Counted from the first letter of the stretch, positions 47,789 to 56,444 are shown. The stretch: 64,000 nucleotides of DNA from Arenicellales bacterium (GCA_965116205.1 OZ220493.1:2165072-2229071), one strand, 5' to 3'. Notes: generated by a model not told the origin, from the sequence alone. Program-made: numbers and translations.

Positions 47789-49177
47789 TTATGAAATTCC
47801 TTCACTTCGAGCGATGGCCGCCGCGTAACCGATGTAGTCACGGGGTACCAATTTGAGTAATTTGTTGCGATCTGATTCCGGCAGTTCAAGTCCACTGATG
47901 AATTCACGAATTTCAATTTCTGAGACGGTTACACCTCGGGTTAACTCTTTCATTCGCTCATAGGGCAGTTCACCGCCATGTTTGCGAAGGATGGTTTGAA
48001 TCGCTTCACTCAGCACCTCCCATGCATTATCTAGGTCTGCATTGAGTCGTTGTGGGTTGATTTCCAGCTTGGACAGTCCGTCGCGGATGGCTTGATACGC
48101 GATCAGACTGTGTCCCAACGGGACACCGAGATTTCTGAGTACGGTTGAATCACTCAAGTCTCTTTGCCATCGACTGATCGGTAGCTTCTCGGCTAGATGA
48201 CTGAACAGTGCATTCGCCACTCCTAAGTTGCCTTCCGCATTTTCAAAATCAATGGGATTAACCTTATGTGGCATCGCCGATGAGCCGACTTCACGCTGAA
48301 CAATTTTCTGCTTAAAGTAGCCAATCGAAATGTAACCCCAGACGTCACGGCAGAGATCCTGTAATATGGCATTGATTCGATGGAGAGCGTGACAGTATTC
48401 GGCGATGTAGTCATGCGATTCGGTTTGCGTGGTTACCGGACTGTATTCGAGTCCGAGTGATTCCACAAATTTTTTAGCCGCCTGTGGCCAATTCACCTCA
48501 GGGTTAGCTGTGAACAGTGAGTTGAAATTACCGGTAGCACCACTCAGTTTACCTTTGATGACAACATTGTCAAAGACGTTCAGTTGGTTCGAAAGACGCG
48601 TTGAAAATACTCTGAATTCCTTACCAACTGTTGTTGGCGAGGCCGGTTGTCCATGGGTACGGGCTAACATAGGTGTTTCTGCGAACTCAATGGCGAGTTG
48701 TGACAGTTGGTGAGTCAGTTGCGATAGCTCAGGGACCAGTATGTTGTCTCTGGCAGATTTCAACATTAGCCCGAAACAGTTGTCGTTGATATCGTAGGAG
48801 GTGCAACCAAAGTGTATCAGTTCCCGAGCCTGTTGCAGTTCTGCCAGGCTTTTTGCTCGATCTTTCAGAAAGTACTCGAGAGCCTTGACATCGTGATTAA
48901 TCTCCCGTTCGATCTCTTTTACGGCTAGGGCATCAGCAATTGAAAATTGCGTCACCAGGCTACGCAGACTCTTTATTGATTCGGTAGACAAAGGTACAAG
49001 GTCGGTGAACTCAGGCAGGTTAGCAAGTTGAATCAACCATTCTACTTCGACGTGTAATCGTAGTTTGATCAAACCAAATTCACTGAATAGTTCACTCAGT
49101 GGCTCAACTCGCTTGATGTAACGACCATCAAGCGGTGACAATGCTCTGATTGCTGCGGAGTCGGTCATTTCATCCAC
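47789..49177 (-). CDS. purB: adenylosuccinate lyase
   Basis: 462 aa with the fumarate-lyase signature GSSAMPHKVNP. The N-terminus SPLDGRYIKRV is typical of PurB. Confidence 0.95.
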   Translation of the reverse strand: MDEMTDSAAIRALSPLDGRYIKRVEPLSELFSEFGLIKLRLHVEVEWLIQLANLPEFTDLVPLSTESIKSLRSLVTQFSIADALAVKEIEREINHDVKALEYFLKDRAKSLAELQQARELIHFGCTSYDINDNCFGLMLKSARDNILVPELSQLTHQLSQLAIEFAETPMLARTHGQPASPTTVGKEFRVFSTRLSNQLNVFDNVVIKGKLSGATGNFNSLFTANPEVNWPQAAKKFVESLGLEYSPVTTQTESHDYIAEYCHALHRINAILQDLCRDVWGYISIGYFKQKIVQREVGSSAMPHKVNPIDFENAEGNLGVANALFSHLAEKLPISRWQRDLSDSTVLRNLGVPLGHSLIAYQAIRDGLSKLEINPQRLNADLDNAWEVLSEAIQTILRKHGGELPYERMKELTRGVTVSEIEIREFISGLELPESDRNKLLKLVPRDYIGYAAAIARSEGIS

Positions 49178-49204
49178 AACATTTGTTCTGTATTATTCAT
49201 CGCA

Positions 49205-50131
49205 CTAGTTGGCGAGAAAGTTGTACCAGTAGTGATCAAATAACATGGCCGCAAACAGTATCGTCAGGTAGTGGATGGAAAATCTAAACGTTTTACGAGC
49301 CAGTCGATCGCTGTATTGTCGATACAACCTTACCGCGTAATAGAAAAACACCATTCCCAGCACTAAGGCAAACAGAAGGTAGGGCAACCCTAAAAAGCCG
49401 GTCGCAAAAGGCATTGCCGATACGGCAACCAATAATGTGGTATACAGCAGAATGTGCAGGCGCGTATATTTTTTTCCGTGAGTAACGGGTAGCATGGGGA
49501 TGCTAGCGTTCTGATAGTCTTGGTGACGATAAAGTGCCAATGCCCAAAAATGTGGTGGTGTCCAGCAGAAAATAATTAGAAACAGCAAAAATGCATCTGA
49601 GCTCAGTTCACCGGTCATGGCGGTCCAGCCCAGTACTGGAGGCGCAGCACCGGCAGCACCCCCAATCACGATGTTCTGTGGCGTTGCGTGTTTCAGAAAC
49701 ACTGTATAGATGATGGCATAGCCAATGAGTGAGGCGAAGGTCAGCACACTGGTTAACGTATTGACTACCACCGTTAGAATGAGCATTGAAACAGCCGCCA
49801 GCGTACAGGCGAAAATCAACGCCGAACGCGTCTCAACTCGGCCGCTTGGAATCGGTCGGTCGCGGGTGCGTTTCATCAGTGAATCCTTATCTTCATCAAG
49901 CACATGATTGACTGCGGCGCCAGCCGCTGCGGCGAGGCCAATGCCAAAGGTAGCAAACAGCAGTGTCAGTAGATTGGGGAGCTCGGGTACCGAGAGAAAC
50001 ATGCCCACGATCGCGGTAAAAATAATGAGCGCAACGACTCGTGGCTTGGTAATGGTGTAATATTCATGCGCCAAACTTCGAATGGCCAGCGATCGAGACA
50101 ATTGAGAAGAATTGGTAATGTTGGTCGACAT
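49205..50131 (-). CDS. cyoE: protoheme IX farnesyltransferase (heme O synthase)
   Basis: UbiA-family membrane prenyltransferase (YYTITKPRVVALIIFTAIVGM; NHVLDEDKDSLMKRTRDRPIPSG). I set the start at ATG 50131. The ORF-track start 50200 is a TTG that adds 23 non-conserved residues. Confidence 0.88.
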   Translation of the reverse strand: MSTNITNSSQLSRSLAIRSLAHEYYTITKPRVVALIIFTAIVGMFLSVPELPNLLTLLFATFGIGLAAAAGAAVNHVLDEDKDSLMKRTRDRPIPSGRVETRSALIFACTLAAVSMLILTVVVNTLTSVLTFASLIGYAIIYTVFLKHATPQNIVIGGAAGAAPPVLGWTAMTGELSSDAFLLFLIIFCWTPPHFWALALYRHQDYQNASIPMLPVTHGKKYTRLHILLYTTLLVAVSAMPFATGFLGLPYLLFALVLGMVFFYYAVRLYRQYSDRLARKTFRFSIHYLTILFAAMLFDHYWYNFLAN

Positions 50132-50277
50132 GGCTTGTTTGGCAGAGGGAGATGCAGTCGATTTCAATTGGCAGAATCTGACCGCATTAAACTTTTTCAA
50201 GTCAAAAAAGTTTCCGATTCCAGAAAATGGGTGTTGGCGTCAATCAATATGAATGCGAATGGTGAACAACTACGGTG

Positions 50278-51000
50278 TTAGTTTCGGCGAGACCGTAAAG
50301 CCAGTAGAAAGTATATCACAAGCAAAGTGGCACTGAGAGCAAACCACTGAAAGGCATAAGCCTTGTGACGTCCGATCCAGCTCGCATCCGGGGGTGGCCA
50401 TTGTCGCTCAAACCCTGCTGAGTGTTCGTCATCCAGTAGAAGGATTACGCCCTGAATCTGGTAAGGTACCGCAGTCGCAAATCGTCCAATGTCAATCGAC
50501 TGCCAGATACGTGGCCAGCGGTCTGATTGTAGGGGGGGTGGATCTTTCAAAAGGAAAACGTCGGCTGGCGGGATAATTGCAGTTCCAGTTACCGTTGCAT
50601 CACCGACTGGTGAGTCAGCCACCGGTATTTGGCTGCGGTCCGGGTGCCCGGGAATCCAACCACGATTGACTAAAATGGCGGAATTTCCACCTCGAAACAG
50701 CAAAGGTGTAATGACATGAAAGCCGGGTTGACCGTGACGCACGCGATTATCGAGTAAAAATTCGTGCTTCCCATCCCAAGTACCGGTGGCGCGGAGACGG
50801 AAGTACTCAAGTTCTTCAGGCACTTCAATGGCTGAACCGATATTCAATGGCGGAGCGTCGCTACGTTGCCAATAGAGATCACGTATTTCAGTCTTCTGTT
50901 GGGCGCGGTCAAGTTGCCAGAATCCTAATCCAAGAAGCATCGGTAGCAGTACGATCGTCCCCACTGTTGGTATGATGCTAAAGCGAAAATTGAGTTTCAC
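50278..51000 (-). CDS. SURF1-family cytochrome oxidase biogenesis protein
   Basis: 240 aa with a GTG start. It has an N-terminal TM followed by GFWQLDRAQQK, and a C-terminal TM with HKAYAFQWFALS, both typical of SURF1/Shy1. Confidence 0.85.
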   Translation of the reverse strand: MKLNFRFSIIPTVGTIVLLPMLLGLGFWQLDRAQQKTEIRDLYWQRSDAPPLNIGSAIEVPEELEYFRLRATGTWDGKHEFLLDNRVRHGQPGFHVITPLLFRGGNSAILVNRGWIPGHPDRSQIPVADSPVGDATVTGTAIIPPADVFLLKDPPPLQSDRWPRIWQSIDIGRFATAVPYQIQGVILLLDDEHSAGFERQWPPPDASWIGRHKAYAFQWFALSATLLVIYFLLALRSRRN

Positions 51001-51090
51001 GGATTAACAGAGTATCTGAGACAGTAAGTATGCCAATCATCTGAGGCTTGATTTTGCGGGCGGCACGTCTGCACGTTTCGGAAGGCTGAA

Positions 51091-51963
51091 CTATACCAGC
51101 AGTCGGCAGTAATTGCAGGCACGACCTAGACGCGTAGGAGTGCCGGATTTGTCGCAGTATCCGCATCCATGTTTACTAAAGAAAGAGAGAGCAGGATCAA
51201 GGTCGGTACAGGTTTTTCGAGTACCGTTAGCATTATCAGTTCTCATCAAATCAACGGCGCTGCGCCAGACTGACTGAATATAGTTGGCGTCGGGTGCTGT
51301 ATCGTCCCGGGTCTGTTTAAGCATTCCCAAGTTTTTTGTGGTTTGAATGACATCTGAATCAACCGTGATTTGTAGAGCATCAAGGTGCGTGATTTTCGCG
51401 CCACCAAGGCGAGCAAGCAGATGAATCCATTTCTGACTGGTCTTAGTTCCGCTAAGCAGTGGGAAACGGTTACGATTGTCTTTTCCCCGGGTAGCAAGGT
51501 CTTTGAGCAGCTGTTTGGCATCTACCGTTTTGCCATAGATAACTCGACTAACCGCACAGTGGCTTTCGAGTGCGATAGTCTGTGCAATGTCCAACCAAGC
51601 CTGCGGACCCTGCTCATTGCCCTGGGAAACTTTACTTTCTTTCAGTTTGTCGTCCAACTGCTCGACGGAAAATTTGAACAGTTCTAAAGGGTCAAACACC
51701 TCTGGATGGCGCTCATAGAGTTCAAGGCTATTCCACCAGCACCGACTCGAATCTCGCCCCCGGTCGATGGCGGCGATAAAAGTGAGGTAAAGTAGAATCG
51801 TTCTATCCGGCACATCGGATTCACGTAGAAATTCGACGCATTCAACCGGTGGCATTTTGGCCCATGACGCTGGAGAGGGTACATTACCTCTTGCGGTCAG
51901 ATCAAACCGTCCCTGGTAGTAATCTTCGACAATATATTCAACAATGCGCCCAAATTCAGGCAT
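51091..51963 (-). CDS. HhH-GPD-superfamily-like (endonuclease III / DNA glycosylase-like) protein with a C-terminal CxxC-x12-CxxC motif
   Basis: 290 aa. It has a helix-hairpin-helix-like segment FPLLSGTKTSQKWIHLLARLGG (168-188). This is followed by ITVDSDVIQTTKNLGML, comparable to VDTHVFRVSNRLGL of EndoIII. The C-terminus is HGCGYCDKSGTPTRLGRACNYC (C267, C270, C283, C286), not the EndoIII C-x6-C-x2-C-x5-C loop. Assignment is by eye only. Confidence 0.45.
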   Translation of the reverse strand: MPEFGRIVEYIVEDYYQGRFDLTARGNVPSPASWAKMPPVECVEFLRESDVPDRTILLYLTFIAAIDRGRDSSRCWWNSLELYERHPEVFDPLELFKFSVEQLDDKLKESKVSQGNEQGPQAWLDIAQTIALESHCAVSRVIYGKTVDAKQLLKDLATRGKDNRNRFPLLSGTKTSQKWIHLLARLGGAKITHLDALQITVDSDVIQTTKNLGMLKQTRDDTAPDANYIQSVWRSAVDLMRTDNANGTRKTCTDLDPALSFFSKHGCGYCDKSGTPTRLGRACNYCRLLV

Positions 51964-52416
51964 ATTGGCTACTCAATGGAACCCATGGTGGATGAATTGC
52001 AGATTTTTTGTCAGGGGCCAGCAGTCAGCAAGGTGCTTTTTTCAATAGTTTCATTTTTTATTAGATTTTTGCAACGTGGTCAATAACAAAAAACAGTTCA
52101 TTTAATTTGAAGAAAGCTGGCAACTTAACGGTAACAGATAAACAATAGCAAAACAAATCAATAGATTGTGAAAGTGAGTTCTATAACCCAGTATTATGGT
52201 TATGTGTTCTAGGCAGTTGTCCGTGTGAAGTAATCGGCATATTCTCGTTAGTTGTGTTCATACCCAATCCGGAGAATCTAAAGGAAAAGGGGGTAGCACC
52301 TGATTTGAGTATTTTACTTCTCTTTAATCCCTGATTCTACAATGCAGATTAGAAAAACAGGTGTGCTGAACCGAATGAGTAAATTCTGTCTCGTAGTTCT
52401 GATAACATATACTACT

Positions 52417-52429
52417 TGACAATATGTCA
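52417..52429. promoter_or_regulatory. 13-bp palindrome, candidate operator in the long leader upstream of the HTH-methyltransferase
   Basis: TGACA-ATA-TGTCA, embedded in CTTGACAATATGTCAG (which also contains a TTGACA hexamer). It lies about 270 nt upstream of the methyltransferase ATG. Confidence 0.2.
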
Positions 52430-52695
52430 GATTCGAAACTGTTGTTTGGGTTATTTTCTTCTCCCGAATAGAGTGGCGATGAGTCGGCGATAACCGCCAT
52501 TCTGAAGGAGGTAATACTTAATGAAGATGCTCATTTCCTAATAATGTGCGAAACAGTTAGAAAATAATAATAACCGACCAAAAAACAGTCTTGGACGACG
52601 AGTAGTTACTATTTTAGATTTTGTTGGGTATTCACTCAAAATCAACTGTATGAAATCGGTAACCGAAAAATTATATTTGCCTTGATATAAAGCAT

Positions 52696-53721
52696 ATGCA
52701 GTATTCTGAAAGAACTTACTTGTCTGTTGTGGAGGTTGCAAAGTACACCGGATTATCCGTTCGAGAAATTCACCAGCGTGTCAAATCAGGGGATATCTCG
52801 GCTACAAAATCAACGGCGGGCCAATATCGTTTTAACCTGTGTAACATCTCTCACCTAAAACCGAATTCACACCTCGCTCAGACTCAACAGCCGACAAATG
52901 AGTCTGTTGAAGAAATCGAAAAGTCGGGAACGAAACAGACGATTGTCTGTGGTGATTCAAGAGGCATGATGAAACTAGAAGACAATAGCGTTCATTTAGC
53001 AATCACCTCACCACCATACTTTAATGCAAAAATGTATTCTTCAGATTCGAATGATCTTGGAAATGTACATGATCTTGATGTTTGGTTGGAACAAATCGGA
53101 GAAGTGTGGGCGGAAGTCTACCGGACACTATGTCCTGGGCGAAAATTTTTTCTGAATATTATGAACTTGCCAGTAAAACAGAATAAGTCTTTTCGTTCGC
53201 TCAATTTGTGTGGTAAGAGTATCGATCTGTGTGAAGATAAAGGATTTATTTTTAAACGAGATATTGTTTGGCACAAGACTAATGGAGTTCGTGCCCACTT
53301 TGGAACGTATCCTTATCCTGGTGGCATTCTCATCAACCACATGCATGAATTTATATTGGAATTTGAGAAACCACAACCTAAGCAGGTCTCAAAGTATCGT
53401 CATTTATCGGATGAACAGAAGCAACAGTCGAAGCTAGACAAAGAGTTTTGGCTTTCTCTTAAAAATTCAGATGTTTGGCTAATGAAACCTGAAAAAAGCG
53501 GTGGAAATCGCAATCATGCCGCACCATTTTCTATTGAACTGCCTGCACGATTAATTAAAGCGTATAGTTTCGTAGGTGAGACGATACTGGATCCTTTTTT
53601 AGGTTCAGGTACAACATTAGTTGCCGCTTCCGAATTGCTCAGGAATGGTGTTGGTTATGACATAAACCCAGACTTTTGCGATATGGCAAAAAAAAGAATT
53701 GGTAACGAAGATTCTAGTTGA
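52696..53721 (+). CDS. DNA amino-methyltransferase, beta-class order, SPPY motif IV (N4-cytosine-type signature), with an N-terminal HTH domain
   Basis: 341 aa. The N-terminal excisionase/MerR-like HTH is LSVVEVAKYTGLSVREIHQRVKSGDI. Motif IV is AITSPPYFN (S105-Y108). Motif I is DPFLGSGTT (from D299), near the C-terminus. The region is AT-rich. Confidence 0.85.
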   Translation: MQYSERTYLSVVEVAKYTGLSVREIHQRVKSGDISATKSTAGQYRFNLCNISHLKPNSHLAQTQQPTNESVEEIEKSGTKQTIVCGDSRGMMKLEDNSVHLAITSPPYFNAKMYSSDSNDLGNVHDLDVWLEQIGEVWAEVYRTLCPGRKFFLNIMNLPVKQNKSFRSLNLCGKSIDLCEDKGFIFKRDIVWHKTNGVRAHFGTYPYPGGILINHMHEFILEFEKPQPKQVSKYRHLSDEQKQQSKLDKEFWLSLKNSDVWLMKPEKSGGNRNHAAPFSIELPARLIKAYSFVGETILDPFLGSGTTLVAASELLRNGVGYDINPDFCDMAKKRIGNEDSS

Positions 53722-53724
53722 TTC

Positions 53725-54900
53725 ATGGCTACAAAGCATCAACAAGACAAAGGAGTTTCAAAACGAACTTTTGCTCAATCTAGCGATATAAAGTCTCGTG
53801 ATACTTATCAGTATCGACTAGACATGAAGAAAAAAGGGGTAAGGGAATTAGAGTTCCTGCCTTATCTCCAACAAATACTGCAAAACAAGTTTAAAGACCA
53901 AAATCTCACAGTGAGTAAATCTGGTGGTGACGCACTACATTGGTTTCTCCGGCACGGAGAACTTATTAGCAGAGAACCTGATTTTATAGCCAAAATTAAT
54001 GGTGAAGAAACGAAAATCGAATTTCAAATGGCGAATGAAACGCCCAAAGAGTTCTTTGATTTCAAGGAAACCAAGCTCGGCAAAAAACCTAAAAATAAAC
54101 CGCGCCAACCATATACGGATCGAATATTTTTTTATGTTGTTCGAGACAAGAACAGTTACAGTTTTTTGACTCCAAAGTGGATTTGGGAAAATGGAAGTGA
54201 CCGGTTCATCTCAGCGTGGAGAAGTCAAGGACGGAGTATTCCAATTAGTGTTTTTTTGAATCAATGCCGGGATGGAAGTGAATCTCTTCGAAATATATTG
54301 CAACTGATTGATGACAAAATACTACTTTTGGAATTTCAAAACGAGATTATTGATATTGAATCAGATGCAATATCTGCCCAACTACAAAAGTTGGTCGATG
54401 AGAGTGTTGAGTTTAGAATCGTGCCGAGGTCACTTGAAGGGATCTATTATGCTTGTTTTCTAATGAATAGATTAAATCGATATCCAGATGGCTCAAACAC
54501 ATGGCTTGTGTATCTATCTTCTTTCCTAAATGAATCAATATCCAATTTGAACTTTCAACGCTTTATGTTTTCATTTGATTTTCTTTATTTTAAATGCCAC
54601 CAATTTGCGGAGAATGAGAGAAAAATAGTAGGTGATGTGTTAAGCAGGTCAAAGAGCGCTGTAGAGACGAGAATTGACAACTACGGTGTATTCAGGGTTG
54701 ATCGCAATGAATCTCAAATTGAAGGAACTAGACGATTATTGTTTTCAATGAATCTACTAGAAGATGTTATGCAAGATGCAAGATTTTCATTCGGTTTCAA
54801 TTTCCCACAAGTTCGAAAAATCTATGAAATGATTCCAGACGTTTCTAAATTGGCTAATGAAGTTCGAGAATTTTATAAATCAGAAAAAGACCACATCTAG
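53725..54900 (+). CDS. putative type II restriction endonuclease (PD-ExK motif), partner of the upstream methyltransferase
   Basis: 391 aa starting 3 nt after the methyltransferase stop. It has a candidate catalytic motif in SREPDFIAKINGEETKIEF (P85-D86 ... E95-x-K97). I recognised no other family. One 60-nt line (53761-53820) hand-counts to 21 G+C. Confidence 0.55.
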   Translation: MATKHQQDKGVSKRTFAQSSDIKSRDTYQYRLDMKKKGVRELEFLPYLQQILQNKFKDQNLTVSKSGGDALHWFLRHGELISREPDFIAKINGEETKIEFQMANETPKEFFDFKETKLGKKPKNKPRQPYTDRIFFYVVRDKNSYSFLTPKWIWENGSDRFISAWRSQGRSIPISVFLNQCRDGSESLRNILQLIDDKILLLEFQNEIIDIESDAISAQLQKLVDESVEFRIVPRSLEGIYYACFLMNRLNRYPDGSNTWLVYLSSFLNESISNLNFQRFMFSFDFLYFKCHQFAENERKIVGDVLSRSKSAVETRIDNYGVFRVDRNESQIEGTRRLLFSMNLLEDVMQDARFSFGFNFPQVRKIYEMIPDVSKLANEVREFYKSEKDHI

Positions 54901-55267
54901 CCTCAACGATTTTCACTTCTGATGTTGTTTCATAGAAATTCACATGAGTGGTAGCTTCATGCATTCCGCTCAGATGAAATTGCCGGCCGACCGCGCAGAT
55001 GTTCCTATTATCTCTCGCCGTTACGATATCTCAACCTACGGTGAATTGAGACATTCTACCTAACCCAGTGCTACCCTCTAAACTGAATTTCACTGTGGCA
55101 ACGAGGCGGAATATTTTTCTGCTAACTTCGAGCAGAGGTATTCACGAGACCAATTTCCAGATTTGCTTCACAGAAAAATGAGACTCAAAATAATTTCAAT
55201 CTCATCTCTATTTCATTTAGATCTTACCACAGCATCATTAACACAATATGCAAGTTAAGAGTTAGTC

Positions 55268-55507
55268 ATGAATACACAATCATTTGTCATTGTGCTACTA
55301 CTGTTGGTGATGATCGCCAGCTTGGTTTCAGCATTTTGGTACATGATGAAAGATCGCGGCACCGGCAACCGCACAGTCAAGGCGTTGACTATGCGGGTAT
55401 CAATCTGGGCGCTACTGTTTTTTCTGATCGTCGGTGGAATTTATACCGGTTGGATCACGCCCAGCAATACGATACCCATACCACCCCGGTCAAGTGCCAG
55501 TGAATGA
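55268..55507 (+). CDS. twin-transmembrane-helix small protein (DUF2909-like) commonly found in cox clusters
   Basis: 79 aa with two hydrophobic helices (FVIVLLLLVMIASLVSAFWY and VSIWALLFFLIVGGIYTGW). Its position opposite coxC matches other proteobacterial cox loci, from memory. Confidence 0.6.
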   Translation: MNTQSFVIVLLLLVMIASLVSAFWYMMKDRGTGNRTVKALTMRVSIWALLFFLIVGGIYTGWITPSNTIPIPPRSSASE

Positions 55508-55525
55508 CGTTGTCGAACGTTTGGA

Positions 55526-56401
55526 CTAGACGACGTAGACAAAAATAAACAGCCCCACCCACACCGTATCAACGAAGTGCCAGTACCAGGCGGCCGCTTC
55601 AAATCCAAAATGGTGGTCCGGTTTGAAATGTCCGCGCATACAGCGAATCAGGATGACCGCGAGTATGATGGCACCAATCGTCACATGTGCACCATGAAAA
55701 CCGGTCAGCATGAAGAATGTTGCGCCGTAGACTCCGGTACCTAATGTCAGCCCCAAGTCGGCGTAGGCGTGTGCGTATTCATAACCTTGTAGATAGAGAA
55801 ATACAAATCCCAGAATAACAGTAATGGCTAGCCACGTGATCAACGCAGTGCGCTGGTTCTTTTTCAGTGCCCAATGAGCGAAGGTAATCGTAACGCTGGA
55901 GGTGAGCAGAATCAGCGTGTTCCACACGGGGATTCCCCACGCGCCGATGGTTGAGAACTGTCCGGCAGTAACCGGTGTATCAGCGGCAATCAATTCAGCG
56001 CCCATGGGGCCGGCGGTCGGCCAACCACCATCATATCCCATCCACAGCAGGTCGGTTTCAGCCAGCCAGGGCACGGCGAGATTTCTCAGATAAAACAGGG
56101 TGCCGAAGAAACCGGCAAAGAACATCACTTCGGAAAAAATAAACCACAGCATCCCCATCCGAAATGAAATATCTACCTTGGCGTTGTACTTGCCTCCTTC
56201 GCTTTCTAGTACGACAACCCCAAACCAGCCAAACATCATGAAAGCAATGATGAGACCACCGGCCAGCATGACCCAAGGTGCCATGTTGACATCGTTCATC
56301 AGCATGACAAAGCCGCCAGCTAGGGCGAATAGCCCGATGGAAGCGACCAATGGCCAAGGACTGGGGTCGGGGAGGTAATATTCGCCATTCGACGTACTCA
56401 T
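55526..56401 (-). CDS. coxC: cytochrome c oxidase subunit III
   Basis: 291 aa and 7-TM. It has the typical C-terminus HHFGFEAAAWYWHFVDTVWVGLFIFVY. Confidence 0.93.
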   Translation of the reverse strand: MSTSNGEYYLPDPSPWPLVASIGLFALAGGFVMLMNDVNMAPWVMLAGGLIIAFMMFGWFGVVVLESEGGKYNAKVDISFRMGMLWFIFSEVMFFAGFFGTLFYLRNLAVPWLAETDLLWMGYDGGWPTAGPMGAELIAADTPVTAGQFSTIGAWGIPVWNTLILLTSSVTITFAHWALKKNQRTALITWLAITVILGFVFLYLQGYEYAHAYADLGLTLGTGVYGATFFMLTGFHGAHVTIGAIILAVILIRCMRGHFKPDHHFGFEAAAWYWHFVDTVWVGLFIFVYVV

Positions 56402-56444
56402 CAGTTATCCTCTTTTGTTAGTAATGTTGAATCTATTGACTTAT

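Noticed and set aside
51001-55267. A search for direct or inverted repeats flanking the insertion in the cox cluster, as target-site duplication or att sites.
   Set aside because: Only trivial short matches were found by eye (e.g. TGAGAC at about 51017, 55047 and 55178). This is not sufficient to define boundaries and needs computational repeat search and comparison with an empty site.
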